Part shown: positions 16,001 through 25,423 of the stretch, in pieces | How the letters are laid out: each line of letters opens with the position of its first letter | Numbering within the stretch: the stretch's first letter is position 1 | Assembly: GCA_018671205.1 (NCBI GenBank) | Contig: JABHIC010000005.1 | Span: 1 to 31,768, forward strand | Length of the DNA stretch: 31,768 nucleotides | Reading direction: 5' to 3' | Origin: Gammaproteobacteria bacterium | Lineage (GTDB): Bacteria > Pseudomonadota > Gammaproteobacteria > GCF-002020875 | Notes under the pieces: model-generated | Database searches by the model: none | Seen by the model: the letters and a program-made list of their open reading frames with translations, nothing else | Told to the model about the DNA's origin: nothing | Translations under genes and position numbers: made by a program

Positions 16001-16894
16001 ATGGGATATTTCAAGATGAGACATTTAAACCAAAAAATGGGTGCAGTGGTACTGGCACTGACACTGGCAATATCACTAACGGTGGTAACCGTTCCCGCCT
16101 CTGCTGCAGCCAGTGACTCCTCCTGGAGACCTCAGGTGAGTGAGAAACTGATTCGCCTTCCCGCCAGCTATCTGAAGCGGGCCATTGACCGTGACTTTTC
16201 GCAATCCTCACTGGCCGGGGCCATTGAGCAGAAGAGCAGTGATCTGCAGTTGAAGTCACAGACCATGCAGGATCTACAGAAGGGGATTGAGCGCTCGGAG
16301 GGTGAGCTGAAGACAGAGATGCGCCACCAGTTTCTAGTGGAGAAGGAGCGCTATCTCGACCTCACCGCAGAGCAGATTGATCTGCGTAAAAGGCATGTAA
16401 AGACCCGTATCACCTTCTATGAACGCCTGCTGGGTGAGGTTGAACAGCACGGTGCAGATAGCGAAGAGGAGATGCAGCTACTGGAGCAACAGCAGGATGC
16501 GGTGAAGCGCTTTGAGGGCAGTGTCGCCAAGGTGGATATGAAACTGTTCGGACAGATGGGCACCCAGCAGAGTAAGTACAGCAAGGAGTACACCAAGAAC
16601 CTCTCCGCGATTGAACGTCTGGTAGGTGCGATTCAGGGCCATAAGATGAACGCCACCACCCAGGTAGATGGAGAGGCGATCTCCAAGCCCGACTACCTGC
16701 GCCGGATGATCACCGAAAGTGAGTCCGAGGTGGCCCTGCTGGAGCAGGAGGAGACCATCCTGGGCTATATGGCAAAACTGATCTCACTGGATGCGCTTGC
16801 CCTCTCGGAAGAGGTGGATGATCCAGAGTGGGTAGACAGTGAGGTGATCAGTACCAGCGTGGCATCGGCAATTGATTTCTTCGTCAGTGAGTAA
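16001..16894 (+). CDS. Exported coiled-coil hypothetical protein
   Basis: AAGGAG RBS, signal peptide ending ASA, E/Q/K/L-rich helical sequence. Confidence 0.75.
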   Translation: MGYFKMRHLNQKMGAVVLALTLAISLTVVTVPASAAASDSSWRPQVSEKLIRLPASYLKRAIDRDFSQSSLAGAIEQKSSDLQLKSQTMQDLQKGIERSEGELKTEMRHQFLVEKERYLDLTAEQIDLRKRHVKTRITFYERLLGEVEQHGADSEEEMQLLEQQQDAVKRFEGSVAKVDMKLFGQMGTQQSKYSKEYTKNLSAIERLVGAIQGHKMNATTQVDGEAISKPDYLRRMITESESEVALLEQEETILGYMAKLISLDALALSEEVDDPEWVDSEVISTSVASAIDFFVSE

Positions 16895-16918
16895 CCGAGC
16901 TTGAACAGGAGTAGAGAG

Positions 16919-17350
16919 ATGAAAGACAAGAATAAGGTAAGTAACAAAATGGGTAACAAGGTAGATAAGAGGATGGTTCAGGTGTTGGCGGCAGTGGCAC
17001 TCAGCGGTGCGGTGGTATTTGCTGCCCAGGCCGGTACGCTGGAGAATATGGAGCGAGAGAGAGCACTAATGATCGATGCGATGCTATCCAAGGATTTGAC
17101 TGTGCAAGAGCGTAAATCACAGATGGGGCAGTCGCGTAATCGGCTGGTGGACCTGGAGAGGATGGTGCTTCGAGACCAATCACTACGAGGCAAGCAGAGC
17201 ACGGCGGTGCGTAAGGCCTTTGAGAATTATGACCTCACCTTTCTGGTCCATGCATCGGTTGAGAACAACCGCCTGCTCTCGGACCAGTGGTTGGAACAGT
17301 TGGGTATATCCACCAAAAGCCTGCTGACCACCCATGTAGGGAGACGCTGA
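16919..17350 (+). CDS. Exported hypothetical protein
   Basis: AGGAG RBS 7 nt before ATG 16919; hydrophobic segment ending AQA-GT. Confidence 0.7.
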   Translation: MKDKNKVSNKMGNKVDKRMVQVLAAVALSGAVVFAAQAGTLENMERERALMIDAMLSKDLTVQERKSQMGQSRNRLVDLERMVLRDQSLRGKQSTAVRKAFENYDLTFLVHASVENNRLLSDQWLEQLGISTKSLLTTHVGRR

Positions 17351-17351
17351 G

Positions 17352-17891
17352 ATGTCCCACTCCGTAACGGTTATTGGGCGAGACCACCAGGGGGTGCGCA
17401 GGGCGACCGGCTATTTCCTGGGTGGAGGGGCCATTGCGCTGGCAGCGGTGGTGATGACCACCTCTACCCTGCCGGGTGAGTTGATTGACCGGGGGTTGCA
17501 GCTCTTCAGCCAGCTCTTTGTCGGCCTACTGGCGGCACTGGTCTTTCTCTCCCTCTATAGCTGGGTGCGGCTAATCTATGGAGATCGTAGAGAGCAGCTA
17601 CTCTGGTTGCAGAGCGGTGTGCAGTCAGCAAACGGGATCACCACACTGGCACTCACCTACACCCTGTACGGTATCAGTTTGGGGATTGGGTCACTGGCGG
17701 GTGAGTCGTTAACTCCTGAGACGATTCAGCAGGTGATCCAATCCCTGACCGACCACTTCAGTATGGCCTTTATGACCACAGTGGTGGGTCTACCGCTCTC
17801 TGCGCTGCTGCGCTCACTGCTACTGGTGAGCTATGAGCGTCATCGATCAACCATTATTGAGCAGGGTAACCTGCAAGGAGAGTTGGAATGA
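17352..17891 (+). CDS. MotA/TolQ/ExbB-like membrane protein
   Basis: About four hydrophobic segments. TTLALTYTLYGISLG and SMAFMTTVVGLPLS resemble the ExbB/TolQ TM2 and TM3 motifs. Confidence 0.6.
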   Translation: MSHSVTVIGRDHQGVRRATGYFLGGGAIALAAVVMTTSTLPGELIDRGLQLFSQLFVGLLAALVFLSLYSWVRLIYGDRREQLLWLQSGVQSANGITTLALTYTLYGISLGIGSLAGESLTPETIQQVIQSLTDHFSMAFMTTVVGLPLSALLRSLLLVSYERHRSTIIEQGNLQGELE

Positions 17892-18343
17892 GTTCGTGGA
17901 TTTTTAATATTGCGGTTGTAGGTTCATTGGCCTACCTCTATGCGGCGGATGGAGATCTGGATCGGTTCAAGGAGAAGGTCTCACAGGATGCCAAACAGGT
18001 TGTAGAGCAGGTTCAAAAGTGGAGACAAGAGCACCCACCGGCCCAATCGGCTCAATCGGCTCAATCGGCTCAATCGGCTCAATCGGCTCAACTGGTGAGA
18101 GAGGAGGAGATTGTCGTCAGTGCAGAGGTAGAGGCGGTTAGACAAGAGATTCTTGGTCCGGAATCTGCCATCGATGCCATGCCACCGATAGAGCCCTACC
18201 CGCCAGCGGCCAGTAATCCGTATGAGATTGTTGAGCAAGAGACCAACCTTGCTGGGTTGATGAGTTCCAGTGAGCGTCGCCAAGCACTACAGCGGTTGGC
18301 TGAGGATATGGAGATGCGTTATCTGCAGAGGGGGGCCTTCTGA
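17888..18343 (+). CDS. Membrane-anchored hypothetical protein with AQS repeat
   Basis: N-terminal hydrophobic helix; start/stop overlaps with both neighbours. Confidence 0.7.
   Translation: MSSWIFNIAVVGSLAYLYAADGDLDRFKEKVSQDAKQVVEQVQKWRQEHPPAQSAQSAQSAQSAQSAQLVREEEIVVSAEVEAVRQEILGPESAIDAMPPIEPYPPAASNPYEIVEQETNLAGLMSSSERRQALQRLAEDMEMRYLQRGAF
18041..18091 (+). repeat. Coding 9-bp tandem repeat GCTCAATCG (AQS x5 plus AQ)
   Basis: Read directly. Confidence 0.92.
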
Positions 18344-19209
18344 TGAGCGGCGGTGGGTGGGTTGCTCTGCTGGCAGGGGCGGGCCTTGCACTCTATCTAC
18401 TGGTGGATGAAAACGGAGTAAAGGTAGAGTTGAAGCAGATGGAGCAGCCACTGAAGGTTGAACAGGTGTCAGTACCCATTCAGATGCCCCCTCCACCACA
18501 ATTTAGCCCGATTCAGCCTATTAAGAAGAGTTCAAAGCCTGCCGAGAAGAGGCTTGAACGGGCTGTTGTTGAGAAGGCGATTGAGCTGTTAAAGGTTGAG
18601 CCGTTAAAGGTAGAGCCGTTAAAGGTAGAGGAGAGGAGAGCAGAGGTGACATTGGCCCAACAGCAGCGTGAAGTTGAAGACCGTGCGAATGGTCGGGTTA
18701 AGTTGAAGGTGATGGAGTTGGGGAAAGGGCCACTGATAGAGATTGCATGGCCCCCCCAACAACAGGCCCAATCTCATCTTCAACGCTGGATGGAGCAGTG
18801 TGCCGATATGGAGATTGCACTGATCAATGGAGCGGGTGATCTATTTATCGATACGGGGGAGCGGGGCAAGCGTTGGGAGCTGAATCTGGACCGTTACAGT
18901 GGTTTTGTGCGTGAAGTGGGCCGCAACAGTCGGATTGTAGACGCCACAAAGGTGGCCTCGATTCGTAGCAAACATGGGGCGGCTGTGCAGGGTGCAGCCC
19001 CGGTTGCAGTCTTCTCCAGAAAGGTGGATGCACAGCTACTGGGTGGAATTGGCCGTATTGTGGGTTCTCGCTATATGGACTCCAGAAAAATTACTGCACG
19101 CTATGTAATGAAGCAGGGAACGCCTGTGGTGACGGCGCTACAGGTAGATGGTGAGTCGGTCTCCGGTGAGATTGCGTTGAGAGTGAGAAACAGAAAGGGG
19201 TGTATCTAA
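18343..19209 (+). CDS. Single-pass, Pro-rich TonB/TolA-like architecture protein
   Basis: N-terminal TM, MPPPPQ linker, LKVEP x3 (15-bp repeat 18586-18630) and a globular C-terminus. The call is architectural; no TonB C-terminal motif recognised. Confidence 0.5.
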   Translation: MSGGGWVALLAGAGLALYLLVDENGVKVELKQMEQPLKVEQVSVPIQMPPPPQFSPIQPIKKSSKPAEKRLERAVVEKAIELLKVEPLKVEPLKVEERRAEVTLAQQQREVEDRANGRVKLKVMELGKGPLIEIAWPPQQQAQSHLQRWMEQCADMEIALINGAGDLFIDTGERGKRWELNLDRYSGFVREVGRNSRIVDATKVASIRSKHGAAVQGAAPVAVFSRKVDAQLLGGIGRIVGSRYMDSRKITARYVMKQGTPVVTALQVDGESVSGEIALRVRNRKGCI

Positions 19210-19210
19210 G

Positions 19211-19657
19211 ATGGAATATGGTGGATCAAATAACGCAATGAGTGAGATTGCACTGGCGTTGGCAATGGGGTTTTTCAGCTTGATGATTTTGACCATGGTA
19301 TCGATGCAGGTAAAGAGTGGTGCCGCCGGACAAGAGGCTGCAAAACCGGCGTGGAAGATCGCTGCAGTGATGGTTGACCCTGTGAAGGAGGATGCCGCTG
19401 CAAGCAGTGTGATTGAACCGGAGAAGGAGGATCAGTTTCTGATCTATGCCGATGGAAGGTACTACGACCGGGATCTATCGGTGCTGGATCCTGCGCAATG
19501 GACAGCCCATAATGGAAGGGTGATTCTTGGTGTAAGCCCCTCTCTGTCGATCTCAGAGACCCTCTCGGTGCGCAGCCGTATTGATCACCAGGCGCTGGTG
19601 GTGACTACACTCAATCAGCAGTGGATGAGTGCGCTGAAGCTGCGTAGTATCCAGTAA
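19211..19657 (+). CDS. ExbD/TolR-like single-pass membrane protein
   Basis: NNAMSEIALALAMGFFSLMILTMV has an acidic residue at the start of the TM, as in ExbD. 148 aa; same operon as the ExbB-like gene. Confidence 0.5.
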   Translation: MEYGGSNNAMSEIALALAMGFFSLMILTMVSMQVKSGAAGQEAAKPAWKIAAVMVDPVKEDAAASSVIEPEKEDQFLIYADGRYYDRDLSVLDPAQWTAHNGRVILGVSPSLSISETLSVRSRIDHQALVVTTLNQQWMSALKLRSIQ

Positions 19658-19671
19658 CGGAGGATGACAGA

Positions 19672-20181
19672 ATGCGATTGAATCGAATCCTCGTCCTTTC
19701 TCTGGTTATTACAATCAGTGGTTGTATGCAGGTAGAGAAAAGGTCAGCAGTAAATCAGTCGCAACGATACACCCATGCGGATGTGGCTAAGGTAAAACAG
19801 ATCCTCAAACAGGAGTCTGCAAGGGCTGGAATAGCGCTCCCGCTGGCCCTTGCTGTGGCTCATGCAGAGTCCAGTTTTAACCCAAAAGCAGAGAGTGTAG
19901 CGGGTGCGCGAGGGGTGATGCAGATTATGCCGATGACCGCCGAGAGGGAGTACGGCATTCATCGTAACCGGCTCTGGGAGCCTGAAATCAATATTCGTAT
20001 GGGGCTACACTTTCTGAAGCGCCTGCTGCTGCGTTACCACGGTAATGAAAGTTTGGCGCTCTCTTACTACAATGGGGGATCAGCCGTTGGGTCGTGGCCC
20101 AATGCAAGGGTTATCCCTGCAACCAGGGGATATGTGAACAAGGTGCTAAGACTAAAGAGGCAGTACTCCAGATATGCGTAA
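19672..20181 (+). CDS. Lipoprotein SLT-family lytic transglycosylase
   Basis: Lipobox ISGC. AVAHAESSFNP (catalytic Glu), ARGVMQIMP and ALSYYNGG motifs. Confidence 0.92.
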   Translation: MRLNRILVLSLVITISGCMQVEKRSAVNQSQRYTHADVAKVKQILKQESARAGIALPLALAVAHAESSFNPKAESVAGARGVMQIMPMTAEREYGIHRNRLWEPEINIRMGLHFLKRLLLRYHGNESLALSYYNGGSAVGSWPNARVIPATRGYVNKVLRLKRQYSRYA

Positions 20182-21682
20182 TGTTTTTCCTTTTTTGCAG
20201 CAGGGGGTCAGCAGTGACCTCAAGTCAGTTTTTGAGCTGCTGGAGACCACCGAGATTGATGGTCAGAACAAATACAGCGCCAAAGGGCACCAGAAATTGA
20301 TGTTGCTGGTGGTCTGCCGCAACTATAGCAAGGCGCTGCTCGAACTCTGTTATCTGATTGTTATGGTGGTCTCTCCTCTGCAGAGTGAGAAGCGAAAAAA
20401 GGGGCTCTACCACTTCTTCTTCGGTATCTCACCCGCTGCAGCCAGCCAATATAGCCACCATTTCGGTGATACTGGCGACAATATTGGTGATGAGCCACTG
20501 CGTTCGATAGAGGTAGAGGGGGGAGAATTCTCAATCTATTTCTCTAGAATGCCGGTGCTGGTTGAGTTGATGGAGTTGATGATTACGCTGCTGGACTACA
20601 GGGAGATCGAGGGGATACTGACTCCGTTGATGGAGAGAGAGTCACTGAGTAAGCCCCTGAACAAGAAATTGGTTTCAGAGGTGGCCAATGCGCTCAGCGC
20701 CCAGTTCTATCAAGAGATGAACCACCATCTTCCCGCAGCGCAGCAGCAGCGGAAGTATCAGCAGATTGCACAGTTTATGTTGTCACGGCACCCAGATGGT
20801 TTTCGTTACCACCAGATTGGCGATGATGAGGTGCTGGAGTTCTGGAAGGCGTTCAGTGAACAGCAGAGTCGATCTGCTGAAGACTTTGTGAAGTATGCCT
20901 CGGTATTGGGTGGCTTCATGGACTTCTACCGCACCTCCAAGGTGGTCTATGAGATGGAGGTGAGTAGAGCATACTCATCACATGAGAGTATGAGTGAGGG
21001 GGAGATCGCACAGAGCTTGCACGATGTGATGGTAGAGGAAGAGGAGTTACCGTTAGAGCAGTTGAGTGAGTCACCAGTCGATCGGGTGAAGTTTCTCAAT
21101 AAACGGGAGCTGGATCAGCTGCGTTGGCTGTTTGAGAGTCCACAGCCCGTTATTCAGCACTTTATGTGCTCCTGCCTGAGAAGCCGGTTGTTTGGGTCGA
21201 TCCAGAACCAGTTGATTGAACAGCTGCGGCGTAGAGAAGGTGCAGGGGCGGAGATGGATCTGCTGATTGAACAGATAATGGGGTCGGATTGGCAAGGCTA
21301 CCAACCGCTGTTGGATCAGGACCAGAAGTTGAGCCAGTTTTTGCAACGTCTGCTGTTTGCATCACTCCATCCACTGTTTCAGCGTGAGCAGCAAGTGACA
21401 GATTGGGGGGCGCTGATCGGGCCAGAAGAGAGTGAATGGAATCTGCGCAAGCGGGCAAGGTCTGAATTTTCAAAAATCAGCAGAAAAGGGTTTGAAAAAC
21501 AGAATAGTGGTGAGCAGGCGGAGATCTTTATCCAGGCAATACCGATCCTGCTGGGAATTCGCAAGCGCTTCTCCAGCTATCAGCAGTGGCTGCAACAGGA
21601 TGAACGCATTGAGCAGCGCAGTAGAGAAGATCAAAGGGTGTTTAAAAAAGTGCTGAAACAGATTTATCAGATAAGGAGATAG
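20174..21682 (+). CDS. Cytoplasmic helical hypothetical protein (502 aa)
   Basis: Long ORF coupled to its neighbours. No signal peptide and no motif recognised. Confidence 0.7.
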   Translation: MRNVFPFLQQGVSSDLKSVFELLETTEIDGQNKYSAKGHQKLMLLVVCRNYSKALLELCYLIVMVVSPLQSEKRKKGLYHFFFGISPAAASQYSHHFGDTGDNIGDEPLRSIEVEGGEFSIYFSRMPVLVELMELMITLLDYREIEGILTPLMERESLSKPLNKKLVSEVANALSAQFYQEMNHHLPAAQQQRKYQQIAQFMLSRHPDGFRYHQIGDDEVLEFWKAFSEQQSRSAEDFVKYASVLGGFMDFYRTSKVVYEMEVSRAYSSHESMSEGEIAQSLHDVMVEEEELPLEQLSESPVDRVKFLNKRELDQLRWLFESPQPVIQHFMCSCLRSRLFGSIQNQLIEQLRRREGAGAEMDLLIEQIMGSDWQGYQPLLDQDQKLSQFLQRLLFASLHPLFQREQQVTDWGALIGPEESEWNLRKRARSEFSKISRKGFEKQNSGEQAEIFIQAIPILLGIRKRFSSYQQWLQQDERIEQRSREDQRVFKKVLKQIYQIRR

Positions 21683-21685
21683 GCC

Positions 21686-22219
21686 ATGAACAGCGTAAAT
21701 ATGGAGCGGGTTAAAGAAGAGCTTTTTGTCTCCCTGTCACTGATGAGAGATGCAAAAGAGGGGCGCAGAGAGGATGTAGTGAGAGGGGCATCGGCCTCTG
21801 AGATCTATCACTATGTGATGGGTGGAGAGGTTAATGGTGTGATGGATGCAAAAATTTCAGACGACCAGGGCTCCAGTGAACTCTATCGACAGTTTATTGA
21901 AGCACATGCACGCTTCTACATTCCTCAGGCCGCTGCTGCCAGTAGTGATCAGCAGTTGATGAGCAGGGAGAGCAATGAGGTTGTGGTCCGCCTGATACCC
22001 TCCAGAACTGAACCCGAGCAGATCTACCTTGTGGTTGAATTCAGATACGACCGGAAGGGTAAAGAACGTGCTCGATTGACCGTGTTTGGTAAAGAGGGGG
22101 AACAGGCACACATTCAGCTCACCGGGATTGCTGCCGGGCGCTGTCAGTTACTGATGAAGAGAGATACAGCGCTGATTCAGCTACTGCAACAGGTCGATTC
22201 AGAACTGTTTATTGTTTAG
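21686..22219 (+). CDS. Cytoplasmic hypothetical protein (177 aa)
   Basis: Coupled ORF. Helical N-terminus, PQAAAAS linker, beta-rich C-terminus. Confidence 0.65.
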   Translation: MNSVNMERVKEELFVSLSLMRDAKEGRREDVVRGASASEIYHYVMGGEVNGVMDAKISDDQGSSELYRQFIEAHARFYIPQAAAASSDQQLMSRESNEVVVRLIPSRTEPEQIYLVVEFRYDRKGKERARLTVFGKEGEQAHIQLTGIAAGRCQLLMKRDTALIQLLQQVDSELFIV

Positions 22220-22307
22220 GAGTGTGGAGCAAAGAACAGGTACAATCAAAAAAACATAGATAGACCCATGCAACTCTAAATACACGGTTACTCAGGAGCA
22301 TACAGCA

Positions 22308-23225
22308 ATGAACAGAGCACGATCCATACTATTCATTATTCTACTCTCACTCACGTTTGGCTCGGCCCAGGCCATCATCGGCAGCTTCAAACTAAACGCC
22401 CCGGCAATACGTGCGGTCGATGTGGACAGCAACATACCCGCAGGAAGAGCGGCCGGAGAGTACGATATCGCCCTGTTGATTGGCAACCGCAACTACCCGC
22501 GTGAAGGCATACCCAATGTCGACTACGCCCATAATGACTTGAAGACCATGCGCAACTACCTTCAGAAAACCATGGGCTTTCGTGCTGACAACATCATAGT
22601 AGAGAAAGACCTCACCAAAGGCAGCTTCGAGACCCTGTTTGGTACCGCCGCCAACCCCAGAGGAAAATTGCAGCGTTACCTGATGGCTGGTGAGAGCAAG
22701 CTCTTTATCTACTATGTAGGGCATGGCGCACCCGATCCAGAGAGCGGAGATGGCTTCTTTGTACCGGTAGATGCCGACCCTGACTACATCGCCAACTCAG
22801 GCTATAAACTGGCCACCTTCTACGCCAACCTGAAACGGCTACCAGCCAAACAGACCATAGTGGTACTCGATGCCTGTTTTTCAGGGCGTACCCAAAAAGG
22901 GCTGCTGTTTAAAAATGTCAGCCCTGCACTGCTCAAGGTGAATGAGAGCCAATTCGGCCTAAGCTCAGGTGCAGTCTTCTCCAGTGCACGCGGTAGCCAG
23001 CTCTCCACCTGGTACCCAAAAAAACGCCATAGCATGTTTAGCTACTACTTCTTCAAGGGGATGCAAGGTGCCGCAGACAGCAACAGTGATGGCAAGATTA
23101 CCAGCGGAGAGATGCAACACTATGTGGCAAAAAATGTTCGTTATATGGCCGGCAGAGTGGCAGGCAAAGATCAAGAGCCACAAATGGAAGGGGAGAAGGG
23201 GCTGGTGCTGGCCCACCTGCGTTAA
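22308..23225 (+). CDS. Exported stand-alone caspase-family (peptidase C14) protein
   Basis: Signal peptide ending AQA. ALLIGNRNY, YYVGHG (His) and VLDACFSG (Cys) motifs. Confidence 0.9.
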   Translation: MNRARSILFIILLSLTFGSAQAIIGSFKLNAPAIRAVDVDSNIPAGRAAGEYDIALLIGNRNYPREGIPNVDYAHNDLKTMRNYLQKTMGFRADNIIVEKDLTKGSFETLFGTAANPRGKLQRYLMAGESKLFIYYVGHGAPDPESGDGFFVPVDADPDYIANSGYKLATFYANLKRLPAKQTIVVLDACFSGRTQKGLLFKNVSPALLKVNESQFGLSSGAVFSSARGSQLSTWYPKKRHSMFSYYFFKGMQGAADSNSDGKITSGEMQHYVAKNVRYMAGRVAGKDQEPQMEGEKGLVLAHLR

Positions 23226-23230
23226 GGCGA

Positions 23231-24973
23231 ATGGCCAAGCTGAATTTACCGACCATGCAGTTCCCTCCTCCTATCAGGGGGAGGGTTAGGGAGGGGGTTA
23301 AGTGGTTGAGTTATGCTCTCCACTCCACCTCCATCCAAGCCCTACTGCTGCTCTCTCTACTGCTCTCTCCGCTATCTGCCCAGGCAGAGAGCGACACTGC
23401 ACCCATTTTTAAACGCTTTGCCACCCAGCTAACCCAGCAACTTCCACCACAGAGCCGAGTAGCAATAGAGCCACTGCGCTACCAGCCGATCGGTATACCC
23501 AGAGAGATTGCCGCACAGATCGATGATCAGATCTACCACGCCCTGCACCAGCAGCGCAAAGCAGAGATGAGGCTGCTGGCAAGGTCTCAACTACGACAGA
23601 TCTGGCGAGAGATTGGTGAATTTGAGAGCAGAGAGATCAACCAACAGCTAGAGGATGCCAGAGCTGATATCCTGGTTCTTGCACGCACTACAGCAGTAGC
23701 TACTGGAGTAGAGCTGCGTTATCAGGCATACGCCCTGCAAGATGGAAAAACAGGACAACTGCTCGCCTCCACCGAACCGGCAATCTTGACCCACAAACAG
23801 CTCACCCCCACCCCGCAGCGGCTTGAGATTGCCATTGCCCAATCGGTAGAGAGGGTGCTACCACAGCTTACCTTGCTGCTGAATGGAGAGCCGTTGCAGA
23901 TTAAACAGATCGGCCCTGTCGGTGATCTAAGAGACTACATCACCATCCCCCTGATCCAACAACTTATACAGCGCACAGCAGAGCAGGCACGGAAGCAGGA
24001 GGTAAATATCAGCCGTTCTCTCGAACGATCCAAACCGCGCCCAACCACCACACTCACACTACAGAGTGATCTCTGGAAACAGCCAGATAGCCTGAAGATT
24101 CAGCTCACCTTGCAGAGCCCAGACCAGCAGCAGATTCAACTCACCCTGATGATTGCGCTAGATCCGACACTACAGCAGATGCTACAAGGGGTGCCACTGG
24201 GGCGAATCCATAACGGCTACCGGCAGACCACAGCCGGCGCTGAAATTGGCAGAGCCTTTGAAAATCGTCGGGCCGCCACCCAGGCCGCCAGAATTGCCGC
24301 CCGAGCAGCGCTGATCCGTATGGCCCTGATGCCGGGTAGCGTGCAAAATAGCGCAACAGTAACGGCCTCACCTCTAGCCGCACTCAGCCAGCAACCCCCG
24401 CTGATGCGTGAAACCCAGAGAGCAATCACCGTAGATGAGCAGTGGCAAGGCACACCCCATGGCAATCGGGTCGAGCAGACCCTGCGTGCCCGGGTGGTCC
24501 AACTTGCCAATCCGCCACCACAAAATTTGAAAGCAACGCTGCAAACAGAACAGATTCTGGCCGGAGAGCCGATACAGATCAATCTCACCCCCACCACTCG
24601 CCACAAGCTCTATCTGGGTGTTTTCGTCTGGCAGGCGGATGACACAGTAGTACGCATCTATCCACAGCCCTCCAAACCACAATTCACCCTCAATACACCA
24701 CTACAGATCCCGCAACCCTACGAGGATCAACTCACCAGCTACCCGATGCCGGGAGAGCGGGCCAATCAAGAGGCGATCATCCTGCTGGCAAGCCAGAGCC
24801 CACTCGATTACGCCGCCATGGCCCCCACTGTCCGAACCGATATTGGTCAACCCTTCAAGGCCCGCCCCGTTGCACAGTTCTGGAAGGCGATCACTGAAAT
24901 CGGACTAGAGTTGCCTCGGCTGCAGCTACAGGTGCTACCCTACAGCGTGCATCAATCCACTGATAGAGAATAG
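23231..24973 (+). CDS. Exported FlgO/CsgG-like plus DUF4384-like protein, paralog of 5439-7094
   Basis: KLYLGVFVWQADDTVVRIYP and QEAIILLASQSPLDY align with the paralog. Signal ending AQA-ES. True start uncertain. Confidence 0.65.
   Translation: MAKLNLPTMQFPPPIRGRVREGVKWLSYALHSTSIQALLLLSLLLSPLSAQAESDTAPIFKRFATQLTQQLPPQSRVAIEPLRYQPIGIPREIAAQIDDQIYHALHQQRKAEMRLLARSQLRQIWREIGEFESREINQQLEDARADILVLARTTAVATGVELRYQAYALQDGKTGQLLASTEPAILTHKQLTPTPQRLEIAIAQSVERVLPQLTLLLNGEPLQIKQIGPVGDLRDYITIPLIQQLIQRTAEQARKQEVNISRSLERSKPRPTTTLTLQSDLWKQPDSLKIQLTLQSPDQQQIQLTLMIALDPTLQQMLQGVPLGRIHNGYRQTTAGAEIGRAFENRRAATQAARIAARAALIRMALMPGSVQNSATVTASPLAALSQQPPLMRETQRAITVDEQWQGTPHGNRVEQTLRARVVQLANPPPQNLKATLQTEQILAGEPIQINLTPTTRHKLYLGVFVWQADDTVVRIYPQPSKPQFTLNTPLQIPQPYEDQLTSYPMPGERANQEAIILLASQSPLDYAAMAPTVRTDIGQPFKARPVAQFWKAITEIGLELPRLQLQVLPYSVHQSTDRE
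23261..23300. repeat. G/C-rich palindromic repeat unit at the 5' end of the 23231 ORF
   Basis: CCCTCCTCCT-ATC-AGGGGGAGGG followed by TTAGGGAGGGGG; translates as FPPPIRGRVREG. Confidence 0.55.
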
Positions 24974-24979
24974 AGAAGA

Positions 24980-25040
24980 AGATAGACCCACTATCATGAG
25001 AATAGCCCCCCTCATCATACTGTTGCTCCTCCACCTTCCC
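24980..25040 (+). pseudogene. Degenerate duplicate of the RBS and 5' end of target gene 3
   Basis: AGATAGACCCACTATCATGAGAATAGCCCCC... aligns with 25734-25791. Encodes MRIAPLIILLLL versus MRTAPYIILLLL, then stops after 24 codons. Confidence 0.8.
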
Positions 25041-25062
25041 AGTCTTGAAAGAGTTGATAATA

Positions 25063-25079
25063 GTAACTAGGTGAGTTAC
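25063..25079. promoter_or_regulatory. Candidate HigA operator
   Basis: GTAACT-AGGTG-AGTTAC inverted repeat about 40 nt upstream of higB. Confidence 0.5.
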
Positions 25080-25120
25080 ATTGAAACAAAGAGGGTCGTA
25101 AGTCTTAGAGGGCTGGTCTG

Positions 25121-25417
25121 GTGATTATAGGTTTTAGGGATAAGTGGTTAGAGCAATTTTATCTGCAGAATAGAGGAACCAAAAAAATCCCAGCATCTGT
25201 GCGTGATCGGTTATTTCGTAAGTTGCAGCTGATAGATGATGCATCATCTGATGTGGATTTACGAGTACCAACCAGTAACCATTTTGAAAAATTATCCGGA
25301 CGACTGGAGCCGTTCTGCTCAATACGGGTTAACAGGCAGTGGAGATTAATTTTTCGTTGGAATGGTGAGAGGGGTGAGGCAGAGTCTCTCTACTTAGACA
25401 ACCATGATTATCGTTGA
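25121..25417 (+). CDS. higB: HigB-family (RelE-like) toxin
   Basis: MIxxFRDKWLEQFY...DLRVPTSNHFEKLSG...SIRVNRQWRLIFRW; toxin precedes antitoxin. Confidence 0.9.
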   Translation: MIIGFRDKWLEQFYLQNRGTKKIPASVRDRLFRKLQLIDDASSDVDLRVPTSNHFEKLSGRLEPFCSIRVNRQWRLIFRWNGERGEAESLYLDNHDYR

Positions 25418-25423
25418 GGTGAA

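Noticed and set aside
17352-19657. Zorya (ZorAB) or flagellar MotAB
   Set aside because: There is no long ZorA tail, no OmpA-like peptidoglycan-binding domain on the partner, and no zorC/D/E or flagellar genes.
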